A DNA stretch of 64,000 nucleotides from a virus (taxonomy: Duplodnaviria; Caudoviricetes), in the IMG/VR virus record IMGVR_UViG_3300020045_011785, positions 7,973-71,972 of that record. One strand, written 5' to 3'. Positions 9,851 to 19,974 of the stretch are shown piece by piece (positions within the stretch are counted from its first letter, which is position 1; each line of letters opens with the position of its first letter). The notes beneath the pieces were generated by a model. That model saw only the letters and a program-made list of their open reading frames with translations, was not told the origin of the DNA and did no database searches. Position numbers and translations under genes: made by a program.

Positions 9851-10620
9851 TGTATTATCCAACATCTCAAATAACACCTAATTTATTCACCAATGGTGGT
9901 GAGTTTACTATTATTACTGATAAAAGTGATTACGCTGGATATTATTTTAAAACATCTAAAGGCAAATACTTTACGGGACGAAACCAAGACGATAGACCTA
10001 ATATAGAATTAATTCCCTCTATTCTCCAATCCGCAGAAAAAGCAGAATTATCTATCGAACAACAATCTACCCCGGTAGACACTACCATTAATTACCCAAC
10101 AGAATTTAATGTTGAACTATATAATAATCTAAAAAAAGTCAACACAAATGATTCTGTTTTAACTCCAACATATAATCCAGTATTACCTACACAACAAAAT
10201 TACCAAGCTGGAGAATTTAGAAGATACTTTTGTAAAAAAACAAATGAGTATCAATACATTGAAATAAATCAAGATACATTTACTAAATTAGCAGCTAAAG
10301 ATCCTCAAATACTATGGCAGTTGTATCAACCATTTTTTATTGACTGGCAATTAACAGGAGATAAACAAAAAGTAGCTCAAATAAACAGAAATTCAACAGA
10401 ACTAGTTGTATTTAGAAATAAGTTTTTTGGGTTAAATGAATATTTAAAATTTGATTACACAAAATATTACAATCAACTTGGAAATTCAACCTCGGGTTCG
10501 TATATTAATGGAGTAAATCAAGGTTATGTTTTGGATAATAGAGACAGAAGAAGCGATAGAGTATTTGACTCACAAAACGATAGCGGAAGCATTCGTAGAG
10601 ATAATTCCCTACCACGATAA
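9850..10620 (+). CDS. Hypothetical tail-module protein
   Basis: 256 aa; abuts the hub gene; 3' end overlaps the next gene by 95 nt. Confidence 0.65.
   Translation: MYYPTSQITPNLFTNGGEFTIITDKSDYAGYYFKTSKGKYFTGRNQDDRPNIELIPSILQSAEKAELSIEQQSTPVDTTINYPTEFNVELYNNLKKVNTNDSVLTPTYNPVLPTQQNYQAGEFRRYFCKKTNEYQYIEINQDTFTKLAAKDPQILWQLYQPFFIDWQLTGDKQKVAQINRNSTELVVFRNKFFGLNEYLKFDYTKYYNQLGNSTSGSYINGVNQGYVLDNRDRRSDRVFDSQNDSGSIRRDNSLPR
10477..10508 (+). promoter_or_regulatory. Bacteroidota-type promoter for PolA-like gene, inside upstream CDS
   Basis: CTTG-N20-TATATTAA. Confidence 0.6.
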
Positions 10621-11815
10621 CGTACACCCTGCTTTAAATGACGTGTCTTTAGTGTATATAAGACCGTTTAACGACACAAAAGGTTATATGTTATGCGTTG
10701 ACCATAGTGAGACTTCCTCGCTTAATAAGACAACTATAGACGCGTTACTACAAAAAATAGGTAAAGTGTGGGTGCGCGATAAGAAATCCGCATTGTATTA
10801 TTTTCCTATTAAAAGCTTGTGCGACCTATCCATCCTAAATCCTACGTATATACAATCGGAAACACAAGCACATAATTACTTTTATTCTCACCATACGGAT
10901 TATCCAAAGGTTAATAAGCTTGTGCCAATAAGCAAGCACTATCAAAAATGCGAACATATTTATAATCAAGTTCGTAGTGTAATACCAAAGGAATTACCAC
11001 CATATTTTGATTTTTACAACAATAAGGTAGTACTAGCATTTTTTGGGATAGAAAAAAACGGATTAAAAATAGATAAATATGAATTTGATAAACACTATGA
11101 ACTCAACAATGAATTTTATTCTATCAAAGACGGTAGGATTTACACAAGCTACAATTTGGCTACAACAACACGTAGACCAAGTAACTCTTTTAATGGGGTT
11201 AATTTCGCAGCAATAAACAAAGAAAATGGCGCAAGGAGGAGTTACATATCGAGTCATGGGTACGTTGAGTTCGATATTAGCGCATACCATCCTACTATTG
11301 TTGGTCGTTTACTTGCCTATGATTTTGGCGTTCCGGATGTCCATCAAGCATTCGCAGACCTCTACCAAACGAGCTATAAAGAGGCAAAAGAAATCACGTT
11401 TAAGCAATTATACGGAGGCGTATTTAAAGAGTATGAGCACCTTGAATTTTTTCAACAAGTAAAAGAATTTGTAGACAATAACTGGAAAGAGTTCAATAAC
11501 TCCGGCCAAGTTATCGTACCGATTTCAGGTTATTGCTTTGAAAAAGACAAACTGGAGAATATGAATCCACAGAAACTGTTTAACTATATGTTACAGAACG
11601 TGGAGTCCGCAATGAATGTTCATATATTGATGGACATACATAAGCTATTACGAGGGCGGGAAACAAAAATTGTATTATATACGTACGATTCGTTTTTGTT
11701 TGAGCTAGGTGAGGGCGAGGAAAATATAGAAAATGAGATAAAACAAATATTTGATAAATACAGGTTACAGACAAAAACAAGTTATGGAAAAACATACGAT
11801 TTTACAGAGGAATGA
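10526..11815 (+). CDS. Compact family A DNA polymerase-like protein
   Basis: TTTRRPS, motif A EFDISAYHP, motif B AKEITFKQLYGG, motif C YTYDSF; only 429 aa. Confidence 0.75.
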   Translation: MFWIIETEEAIEYLTHKTIAEAFVEIIPYHDNVHPALNDVSLVYIRPFNDTKGYMLCVDHSETSSLNKTTIDALLQKIGKVWVRDKKSALYYFPIKSLCDLSILNPTYIQSETQAHNYFYSHHTDYPKVNKLVPISKHYQKCEHIYNQVRSVIPKELPPYFDFYNNKVVLAFFGIEKNGLKIDKYEFDKHYELNNEFYSIKDGRIYTSYNLATTTRRPSNSFNGVNFAAINKENGARRSYISSHGYVEFDISAYHPTIVGRLLAYDFGVPDVHQAFADLYQTSYKEAKEITFKQLYGGVFKEYEHLEFFQQVKEFVDNNWKEFNNSGQVIVPISGYCFEKDKLENMNPQKLFNYMLQNVESAMNVHILMDIHKLLRGRETKIVLYTYDSFLFELGEGEENIENEIKQIFDKYRLQTKTSYGKTYDFTEE

Positions 11816-11819
11816 CTAT

Positions 11820-12248
11820 ATGTATGACGGATACGATTTTGATTCGACAAACATAAGAGACGTGAACAATAAGTTATTTTGCACATTTACAGGACTAGAG
11901 AATTTAGACACACTAATTAGTGACTTGACTAAAGCCTATACAATTATGTATAATAAAATGTTTGTACTTTATGTTAAAAGTACAGACGAGTACGTTGTTA
12001 CATACAACGTAGAGCAGGGCAATGTTGAGGGTATTCCAATGAATACGATCCTAGTACATAGAAAAAAAGAAACCAACACATTATATACAATTAATGCGTT
12101 GAATGATTTGATAAAAAAATTGAACGGTGGAGTGGTTGACCCATCTTACCGTGTAAATTGGCAACACTATAAAAATTGTATTTTGTTAACCAACCATAAC
12201 GAGTTGAAACAATTGAATACAAAAGTTTATAAGATTGTTGAACTTTAA
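11820..12248 (+). CDS. Hypothetical protein in replication module
   Basis: In-frame ATG at 11820 just after the PolA-like stop; the track start at 11751 overlaps the upstream gene. Confidence 0.7.
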   Translation: MYDGYDFDSTNIRDVNNKLFCTFTGLENLDTLISDLTKAYTIMYNKMFVLYVKSTDEYVVTYNVEQGNVEGIPMNTILVHRKKETNTLYTINALNDLIKKLNGGVVDPSYRVNWQHYKNCILLTNHNELKQLNTKVYKIVEL

Positions 12249-12280
12249 CTTGGTTATATAATACCTCGTTCTTACATTTC
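12249..12280 (+). promoter_or_regulatory. Bacteroidota-type promoter for SSB
   Basis: CTTG-N20-TACATTTC. Confidence 0.55.
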
Positions 12281-12306
12281 CGACATTAAACTAATAAATA
12301 AAAATC

Positions 12307-13152
12307 ATGAATATTAATGCTATCAAACAACGACTAAACGCACTACAGTCGACGAACACACCAGGCAAGAAAGAAAAAATCGATTACTCAAAAGTTTACT
12401 GGAAACCAAAACAAGAAGGTAAGTACCAAATTCGTATTGTACCTTCTAAATTGAATCCACAAAACCCATTCCAAGAGGTTTTTGTACACTATGGATTTTC
12501 TAAATTTCCAATCTACGCCTTGACTAACTGGGGTGAAAAAGACCCAATTGTAGAATTTGCTAAACAATTACGTACTACCAATGACCGTGAAAACTGGGTA
12601 TTGGCTAAGAAATTGGATCCTAAAATGAGAATTTTTGCTCCTGTTATTGTACGTGGTGAGGAAGAAAAAGGTGTACGCCTTTGGGAATTTGGTAAAGAAA
12701 TCTACATGCAGCTTTTAGGTATTGCTGAGGATGAAGATTATGGCGATTACACAGACATTAACGAAGGTAGAGACTTTACAGTTGAAGCTATCAAAGGTGA
12801 TATCGGTGGACGTCAAGGATTGAAAACATCTATCAGAATTAAACCTAAAACTACTCCTTTGAGTACAGATGCCTCTCAAATTGAAACTTTCATTACAGAA
12901 CAACCTGTATTGTTGGAAATTCAACGTAAAAACACTTACGAGTCAATTAAAGAAACATTGCAGTCTTGGTTGTCACCTGAGGAACCAGAAGAAGGTGCTA
13001 TCATTGATGATGAGGATGAAGTAGAAGCAGAATTGGAAGCAGCTCCTGTTAAAAATTATGCCTTGAAAACTCCTGCAACAACTAAAACAAGTAAAGCAGA
13101 AAAATTTGATGCTTTGTTTGACGACGAGGACGACAACGATCTACCTTTCTAA
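12307..13152 (+). CDS. Single-stranded DNA-binding protein (T4 gp32-like)
   Basis: YWKP...IRIVP, DITEGRDF-like segment, acidic tail ending DDEDDNDLPF. Confidence 0.85.
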   Translation: MNINAIKQRLNALQSTNTPGKKEKIDYSKVYWKPKQEGKYQIRIVPSKLNPQNPFQEVFVHYGFSKFPIYALTNWGEKDPIVEFAKQLRTTNDRENWVLAKKLDPKMRIFAPVIVRGEEEKGVRLWEFGKEIYMQLLGIAEDEDYGDYTDINEGRDFTVEAIKGDIGGRQGLKTSIRIKPKTTPLSTDASQIETFITEQPVLLEIQRKNTYESIKETLQSWLSPEEPEEGAIIDDEDEVEAELEAAPVKNYALKTPATTKTSKAEKFDALFDDEDDNDLPF

Positions 13153-13165
13153 TTAAATTAAATTT

Positions 13166-14251
13166 ATGGCAAAAACTAAGAAAAGCGAATCGCTAACGGC
13201 TGCTGTCTCCGCAGAAATTAAGTCTAATTTCAATTTAGATAAATTTAAGGAGAAAAAATTACTTAATGGTAACGTTAAGTTTAAAGAACAGAAGTGGATT
13301 CCCCTTAGTCCTGCATTTCAAGAAGTAACAAGTGTGCCTGGTATTCCTACCGGGCACATTGTTCTACTTCGTGGACATAGTGATACAGGTAAAACAACAG
13401 CATTGATTGAGGCAGCAGTTGCTGCTCAAAAAGCAGGTGTACTACCCGTGTTTATTATTACTGAGATGAAATGGAATTGGGAACACGCAGTTCAAATGGG
13501 AATGCAAGTAAACACCCAAGTAGATGAAGAAACAGGTGAGGTTGGAAATTACAGTGGATTTTTCCTTTATGTAGATAGGGAAACTTTACACACAATCGAA
13601 GATGTAGCAGCATTTATTTTGGATTTGCTTGATGAACAGAAAAAAGGTAATTTACCTTATGATTTACTGTTCTTGTGGGATTCAATTGGTTCAGTACCTT
13701 GTGAATTGTCAGTTAAATCAAACAAAAACAACAACGAATGGAATGCTGGTGCAATGAGTACACAATTTGGTAACAACGTAAACCAAAAAATTACATTGTC
13801 ACGTAAAGAATCTTCACGTTACACTAATACATTAGTATGTGTAAACAAGGTTTGGACAGCAAAAGCAGAAGTACCTATGGGACAACCTAAGTTGATGAAC
13901 AAAGGTGGTTTTGCTATGTGGTTTGATGCAACATTTGTAATTACTTTTGGTAACGTTTCAAATGCTGGTACTAGTAAAATCAAAGCTATTAAAGATGGTA
14001 AACAAGTTGAATTCGCTAAGCGTACTAACATTCAAATTGATAAAAACCACATTAATGGTGTTACAACTCGAGGTAAAATTATTATGACTCCACACGGATT
14101 CATTAATGATACCGATAAAGAAATCAAAGCATACAAAGATGATCACGCTTCAGAATGGAGTAAGATTTTGGGTGGTATGGATTTTGATATCTACGAGGAA
14201 GAAGATGTGTTGGAAAGCTCAATGAATATTTTTGAACAAGAACCTGATTAA
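13166..14251 (+). CDS. RecA/UvsX-like recombinase
   Basis: Walker A GHSDTGKT, Walker B LFLWDSIGS; follows SSB. Confidence 0.85.
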   Translation: MAKTKKSESLTAAVSAEIKSNFNLDKFKEKKLLNGNVKFKEQKWIPLSPAFQEVTSVPGIPTGHIVLLRGHSDTGKTTALIEAAVAAQKAGVLPVFIITEMKWNWEHAVQMGMQVNTQVDEETGEVGNYSGFFLYVDRETLHTIEDVAAFILDLLDEQKKGNLPYDLLFLWDSIGSVPCELSVKSNKNNNEWNAGAMSTQFGNNVNQKITLSRKESSRYTNTLVCVNKVWTAKAEVPMGQPKLMNKGGFAMWFDATFVITFGNVSNAGTSKIKAIKDGKQVEFAKRTNIQIDKNHINGVTTRGKIIMTPHGFINDTDKEIKAYKDDHASEWSKILGGMDFDIYEEEDVLESSMNIFEQEPD

Positions 14252-14283
14252 TTAGGAGACGTCAAGAAGATTTATTATATTCC
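14252..14283 (+). promoter_or_regulatory. Promoter variant for 5' exonuclease
   Basis: TTAG-N20-TATATTCC. Confidence 0.5.
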
Positions 14284-14289
14284 ACTCAT

Positions 14290-15327
14290 ATGAACAAGAA
14301 CGAACTATTAAACCTCCTAAACCAAATGGATCAGCAAGAAGAAGGTTCTGCCAATCCACACGAGCGAGTACTGCTAATCGATGGATTAAATTTGTTTTTT
14401 AGGAACTTTGCAATGATGAACTTTGTAAATGAACAAGGTGTTCACATTGGGGGTTTAGGAGGTTTTATTCGTTCTCTTAATTCATTAATTAATCAAATTA
14501 AACCAACTTCTGTTTATGTAGTATTTGATGGAACAGGTTCATCAGTAAACAGAAAAAATTTATTACCCGAATACAAATCAGGCCGTAACTTGGTTCGTAT
14601 TACAAACTGGGATGCTTTTGATTCTCTAGAGGATGAACATGATTCTAAGATTGATCAAATTGTAAGATTAATTCATTATCTAAAATGTTTGCCTGTTAAA
14701 ACATTAAGTTTAGATAAGGTAGAGGCCGATGATATTATTGCTTATTTAAGTGATATATTGCCTAAAAAACACAATTCTCAGGTTTTCATAGTATCTAATG
14801 ATAAGGATTTTGTTCAATTAGTAGACGAGAAAGTTATACTTTTCCGTCCTGGAGAAAAAGAATATTACACTAAAAAATTAGTAAAAGAGAAATTTGGTGT
14901 ACTAGCTGAAAATTTTATTCTGTACAAAACATTATTAGGTGACCAATCAGATAAAGTAGCTGGTGTAAAAGGATTAGGTGAAAAGGGATTGCTTAAAAAG
15001 TTTCCCGAATTAGCAGAACGTGTACTTACATTTCAAGATATTATTGAAATAAGTGCTCAAAAACATAAAGAACATGTCGTGTATTCAAGAGTGGTATTCG
15101 ATATGGAACGATTAGAAAATAACTATCGTATTATGGACTTAGGAAATCCTTTGGTTGATGATGCTGAAAAGGAATACCTAGAGGATGTTGTAGAAGAATC
15201 TACTCCAGCTTTGAACACACAAGCTTTTTTATTACTTTACCACGAGGATGGAATAGGTCATATGATCAAAAATCCCGAATTTACAATTAATGACACGTAC
15301 AAAGTATTAAACAGTTTTACAAAATAA
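14290..15327 (+). CDS. 5'-3' exonuclease (PolI N-terminal / T4 RNase H / FEN family)
   Basis: LLIDGLN, VFDG, YKSGR, EADD, VSNDKDF, GDQSDKVAGVKGLG. Confidence 0.92.
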   Translation: MNKNELLNLLNQMDQQEEGSANPHERVLLIDGLNLFFRNFAMMNFVNEQGVHIGGLGGFIRSLNSLINQIKPTSVYVVFDGTGSSVNRKNLLPEYKSGRNLVRITNWDAFDSLEDEHDSKIDQIVRLIHYLKCLPVKTLSLDKVEADDIIAYLSDILPKKHNSQVFIVSNDKDFVQLVDEKVILFRPGEKEYYTKKLVKEKFGVLAENFILYKTLLGDQSDKVAGVKGLGEKGLLKKFPELAERVLTFQDIIEISAQKHKEHVVYSRVVFDMERLENNYRIMDLGNPLVDDAEKEYLEDVVEESTPALNTQAFLLLYHEDGIGHMIKNPEFTINDTYKVLNSFTK

Positions 15328-15332
15328 GTTAT

Positions 15333-16697
15333 ATGACACTCAACAATTTAAACGCCTATGGCGTCGGTTTTCAAATTAAAGTATTATCCTCTTTATTGAC
15401 ACACAAAGAATTTTTATTGAACATTCAAGATGTGTTAAGTGAAGAATACTTTGATAACCAAGCACACAAGTGGGTTATCAAAGAAATTTTAAAGTATTAT
15501 CAAAAATACCACACTTGTCCTACTATGGATGTTCTTAAAGTAGAACTTAAAAAGATTGACAATGAGGTATTACAAGTATCAATTAAAGAACAATTACGTG
15601 AGGCCTACAAATCATCAGACGAGGATCTTAAGTACGTAGAGGAAGAATTTTCTAACTTCTGTAAAAACCAACAGCTTAAAAAAGCGTTGTTAACGAGCGT
15701 AGACTTCCTAAACGCGGGGGACTATGATTCCATCAGGACAATCGTTGATAACGCACTTAAAGCGGGTCAAGACAAAAATATTGGCCACGAGTATAACAAA
15801 GATACTGAATCACGTTACAGAGAAAATCACCGAGTAGTAGTACCTACACCATTTGAACCTTTTAATGAATTGTTACAAGGTGGCTTAGGTGATGGTGACT
15901 TTGGATTGATTTTTGGTAGTCCAGGTGGTGGTAAATCTTGGTCACTAGTTGCTTTAGGTGGTTATGCTGTTAAACTAGGTTATAATGTACTACACTATAC
16001 ACTTGAATTAGGAGCTGACTATGTAGGTAGACGTTATGATGCTTTCTTTACAGGAATACCTGTAGGTGATATCATGAAACACAAAACTAAAGTTGAAGAA
16101 GTTATTACTCAGTTAGAAGGTCAACTTATTATTAAAGAATTCCCCACAGGAAAAGCAACGATTTCCACAATTGAATCGCATGTTAAAAAATGTATTGACC
16201 TAGACTTTAAACCAGATTTGGTTATTATTGACTATGTGGATCTTCTTCGTTCAAAGAGAAGGAATGGTGAGCGTAAGGACGAGATAGATGATATTTATAT
16301 TAGTACTAAGGGACTTGCTAGAGAATTAAAACTACCTATTTGGTCAGTATCTCAAGTAAATCGTGCTGGTGCAAAAGATGATATTATTGAAGGTGATAAA
16401 GCTGCCGGTTCCTATGATAAAATGATGGTTACCGATGTTGCTATATCCTTATCAAGGAAACGTCAAGACAAAGTAAATGGGACAGGAAGATTTCATATTA
16501 TGAAAAATCGATACGGAATGGACGGCATGACCTATTCTGTCAAAGTAGATACGTCAACAGGACACTTTGATGTATCAGCCCATATTGAAGAAGACGATGA
16601 TCAAGTAGTATCACAGCAACAAAGCAGCAGATTTGGTAATATCGATTCTGTAGATAAAGCCCTTATTAAGCAAAAATTTTTCGAACTAACCAACTAA
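15333..16697 (+). CDS. Replicative SF4 helicase (DnaB/gp41-like)
   Basis: GSPGGGKS, YTLEL, IIDYVDLL, SQVNR, KNRYG. Confidence 0.92.
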   Translation: MTLNNLNAYGVGFQIKVLSSLLTHKEFLLNIQDVLSEEYFDNQAHKWVIKEILKYYQKYHTCPTMDVLKVELKKIDNEVLQVSIKEQLREAYKSSDEDLKYVEEEFSNFCKNQQLKKALLTSVDFLNAGDYDSIRTIVDNALKAGQDKNIGHEYNKDTESRYRENHRVVVPTPFEPFNELLQGGLGDGDFGLIFGSPGGGKSWSLVALGGYAVKLGYNVLHYTLELGADYVGRRYDAFFTGIPVGDIMKHKTKVEEVITQLEGQLIIKEFPTGKATISTIESHVKKCIDLDFKPDLVIIDYVDLLRSKRRNGERKDEIDDIYISTKGLARELKLPIWSVSQVNRAGAKDDIIEGDKAAGSYDKMMVTDVAISLSRKRQDKVNGTGRFHIMKNRYGMDGMTYSVKVDTSTGHFDVSAHIEEDDDQVVSQQQSSRFGNIDSVDKALIKQKFFELTN

Positions 16698-16713
16698 ATT
16701 ATTAAAAAAACAA

Positions 16714-18570
16714 ATGTTAACCACAGAATCACAAATTTTGTCTGAAATTACTACCCACCTCAAATACGCGAAATTCGTACCTGAAAAAAACAGGAGAGAA
16801 ACGTGGGACGAGCTAGTAACTCGAAACAAGGAAATGCACTTAAAGAAGTTTCCTCAATTGGCTGAAGAAATTGAAGCCGCTTACAAGTATGTTTATGACA
16901 AAAAGGTACTACCATCAATGCGTTCAATGCAGTTTGCTGGTAAACCTATTGAAATAAACAATGCTCGTATTTTTAACTGTTCTTACTTACCAATCGATGA
17001 TTTCAGAGCATTTTCAGAAATTATGTTCTTGTTATTGTCAGGTTGCGGAGTAGGATATTCTGTTCAAACACATCACGTTGAACAACTACCCGAAATTAGA
17101 AAACCTTTGAAACAAAAGCGTTATCTAGTAGGTGATTCTATTGAAGGATGGGCTGATGCCGTTCGTATGTTGACTAAAGCATATTTTGGACAAACATCAA
17201 CCGCTCCTCTATTTGACTTTAGAGACATCAGAGCTAAAGGTGCCTCATTGATTACTGTTGGTGGTAAAGCACCAGGTCCTGAACCATTGAAAATTGCTTT
17301 GATTCATATGCAAGCGATTTTGGATCGTAAAAACGATGGTGAAAAATTAACAACTTTGGAATGTCACGACATTATTTGTCACTTGGCTGATGCTGTATTG
17401 TCCGGAGGTATTCGTAGAGCTGCTTTGATTGCTTTGTTTAATCTTCACGATGAGGATATGTTGACTTGTAAATTTGGTCCTTGGTGGGAAAATAACCCAC
17501 AACGTGGTCGTGCCAACAACTCAGCAGTATTGCTTCGTAACATGATTGATAAAGAAACATTTATGAACTTGTGGGGCAAAATTGAGGCATCTAATAGTGG
17601 TGAACCTGGTTTCTTGTTTACAAACGATAAAGATGCTGGAACAAATCCTTGCGCTGAAATTAACTTGAAAGCTAATCAATTCTGTAACTTGTGTGAAATC
17701 AACGCTTCAGATATTGAAACGCAAGAGGAATATAATGCAAGAGCTAAAGCAGCAGCATTTATTGGTACATTACAAGCTTCATATACTGATTTCCATTACT
17801 TGAGAGATGTTTGGAGAAAAACAACTGAAAAAGAAGCATTGTTAGGTATTGGAATGACAGGTATTGCTTCAGGTGCTGTATTTAAATTGAACATGAAAGA
17901 AGCAGCTAAAGTAGCAGTTGATGAAAATGAACGTGTTGCTAAAGTATTAGGTATTAATAAAGCGGCTCGTGTCACTACAGTTAAACCTTCAGGTACTACA
18001 TCTTTGGTATTAGGTACTAGTTCAGGTATCCATGCTTGGCACGATGATTTCTATTTACGTAGAATTCGTTTAGGTAAAAATGAAGCATTGTATACTTACT
18101 TGAGTATTAATCATCCTGAAATGTTGGAAGATGATTTCTTCAAACCAACATTACAATCAATTGTTTCTGTTCCTCAACGTGCTCCAGAAGGTGCCATTAC
18201 ACGTAAAGAATCAGCTATGGATATGTTAGAGCGTATTAAAACTATTAACAAAAACTGGATCAAACCAGGTCATAGAAAAGGTGCTAATATGCATAACGTA
18301 TCAGCTACTGTTACTATTAAGCATGATGAATGGCCTGTAGTTGGAGAATGGCTTTATGAAAATAAAGACTACTTTACCGCATTGTCATTCCTACCGGAAG
18401 ACTTGGGAAGTTATAAACAACCTCCTTTCGAGACAATCACTAAAGAGGAATTTGAAGCTGCTGTTTCTTCACTTCATGCCGTAGATTTATCTAAAGTTGT
18501 TGAATTTGCTGATAATACAGCATTGATGGACCAGCAAGCATGCAGTGGAGGGGCCTGCGAAATAGTGTAA
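16714..18570 (+). CDS. nrdJ: Class II (B12-dependent) ribonucleotide reductase
   Basis: FNCS, GTNPCAEI, CNL, TVKPSGT, C-terminal CSGGAC; no beta-subunit gene adjacent. Confidence 0.88.
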   Translation: MLTTESQILSEITTHLKYAKFVPEKNRRETWDELVTRNKEMHLKKFPQLAEEIEAAYKYVYDKKVLPSMRSMQFAGKPIEINNARIFNCSYLPIDDFRAFSEIMFLLLSGCGVGYSVQTHHVEQLPEIRKPLKQKRYLVGDSIEGWADAVRMLTKAYFGQTSTAPLFDFRDIRAKGASLITVGGKAPGPEPLKIALIHMQAILDRKNDGEKLTTLECHDIICHLADAVLSGGIRRAALIALFNLHDEDMLTCKFGPWWENNPQRGRANNSAVLLRNMIDKETFMNLWGKIEASNSGEPGFLFTNDKDAGTNPCAEINLKANQFCNLCEINASDIETQEEYNARAKAAAFIGTLQASYTDFHYLRDVWRKTTEKEALLGIGMTGIASGAVFKLNMKEAAKVAVDENERVAKVLGINKAARVTTVKPSGTTSLVLGTSSGIHAWHDDFYLRRIRLGKNEALYTYLSINHPEMLEDDFFKPTLQSIVSVPQRAPEGAITRKESAMDMLERIKTINKNWIKPGHRKGANMHNVSATVTIKHDEWPVVGEWLYENKDYFTALSFLPEDLGSYKQPPFETITKEEFEAAVSSLHAVDLSKVVEFADNTALMDQQACSGGACEIV

Positions 18571-18582
18571 ATATTTATCGTT

Positions 18583-18762
18583 ATGGGAATTATACAAAAA
18601 CTAAGAAACTTGATTTTTGGTGAAAATAAAGAAGTTGAAGCTCCAGTTCCTGTAGAAGTAAAACATACAGTTAAAGAATTGGTAGCAGTTCAAGAAGCTC
18701 CTGCTCCAAAACCAAAACGCAAGTATTACAAAAAGAAAAAAAGCACAGGTGAGAGCAAATAA
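18583..18762 (+). CDS. Small hypothetical protein with basic C-terminus (59 aa, not in track)
   Basis: MGIIQKLRNLIFG...PKPKRKYYKKKKSTGESK; GTT-ATG start. Confidence 0.6.
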   Translation: MGIIQKLRNLIFGENKEVEAPVPVEVKHTVKELVAVQEAPAPKPKRKYYKKKKSTGESK

Positions 18763-18771
18763 GCTCTCACC
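18748..18771 (+). terminator. Perfect 9-bp hairpin with stop codon in the loop
   Basis: GGTGAGAGC-AAATAA-GCTCTCACC; weak U-tract. Confidence 0.5.
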
Positions 18772-18789
18772 AGCTTAATTTTTAAAATT

Positions 18790-19923
18790 ATGTTTGAAAA
18801 AATTAAAGCAAGGGTATTTCCTTTAATCATTGCATTTTCAGCCTTATCTGTAAGTGCTTCAGCAGCGGTTTATAGTGTTACTGGTCTTAGCATGTTATTT
18901 GCTGGGGCCAGTACCGCTGTAATGATTATGGCCGCCTCTTTAGAGGTATCAAAATTAGTAATTGCCTCTTTATTATACCAATATTGGGATAAACTAAATA
19001 AAATACTAAGAACGTATCTAACAATAGCCGCTACTGTATTAATCCTAATCACATCAGCAGGTATTTATGGTTACTTATCTTCAGCTTATCAGAAAACAGC
19101 AGACCAAACTTCTATTGTAGATTCTAAAATAGCGTCTTTAGAAACAAAAAAGAAACTTTATGAAAATACTAGAAACGGTATTTTACAAGAAAAACAATCC
19201 CTATCAGAATTAAAAGGTACTTTATCTAAAGGTACTACAACCCAATTTACAGACCGTAAAGGTAATTTAGTAGTAAAATCTAATAATGCCTCTATTAAAC
19301 AGATAGAAAACGCATCTAAATCAGATGAAAAATTATCTGCTAAATTAGATATAGTAAATGACTCTATATTTGCTTTAGAAACCAAAATGTTAGAAATTAA
19401 AACTACGGCTGTAGGAGAAAGTGAATTAGGTCCCTTAAAATATTTGAGCCAACTTACAGGAGTTGCTATGGACAGGATCATTAACTGGTACATATTAGTT
19501 ATTATATTTGTATTTGATCCATTAGCTATTGCTTTAGTAGTGGCCGCTAACTTTGCTTTTGCCCAACTTACTAGACGCGTAGAAACACCACTAGAGGAAA
19601 AAGTAGAGGACATGAGAAAAGTAGTTGATGCTTATGATGATTTAGAAGATGAGATAAAACAGTACGAAATCTATAGAGAACAAGATGAATCAACAGAAGA
19701 TATTGAAGATAAAGAAGATGATTGGATAATTGAGGATGAAGAAAAAAATATCAATGAAGAATTTATTAAATCATTAGATAAAATAAATGAAATTAATGAT
19801 GGTAAAGAAGATTTCTTTTGGAAAAAAGCTAGAATAGATGAAGAAATTGATCGAATTAAAGCTTATGAACAATCCTTAAAACAAAAGAAACGAGATGAAG
19901 ACGAAAATATAATAATTTATTAA
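18790..19923 (+). CDS. Membrane protein with periplasmic/coiled-coil insert and acidic tail
   Basis: Three hydrophobic N-terminal segments, coiled coil, fourth TM (ILVIIFVFDPLAIALVVAA). Confidence 0.7.
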   Translation: MFEKIKARVFPLIIAFSALSVSASAAVYSVTGLSMLFAGASTAVMIMAASLEVSKLVIASLLYQYWDKLNKILRTYLTIAATVLILITSAGIYGYLSSAYQKTADQTSIVDSKIASLETKKKLYENTRNGILQEKQSLSELKGTLSKGTTTQFTDRKGNLVVKSNNASIKQIENASKSDEKLSAKLDIVNDSIFALETKMLEIKTTAVGESELGPLKYLSQLTGVAMDRIINWYILVIIFVFDPLAIALVVAANFAFAQLTRRVETPLEEKVEDMRKVVDAYDDLEDEIKQYEIYREQDESTEDIEDKEDDWIIEDEEKNINEEFIKSLDKINEINDGKEDFFWKKARIDEEIDRIKAYEQSLKQKKRDEDENIIIY

Positions 19924-19946
19924 TTTAGAATCATTCTAAATGAAAG

Positions 19947-19974
19947 AAAGGGTTGGCTTTGTCAATCCTTTTTT
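19947..19974 (+). terminator. Terminator hairpin overlapping a promoter
   Basis: AAAGGGTTGGC-TTT-GTCAATCCTTT followed by TTT. Confidence 0.65.
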
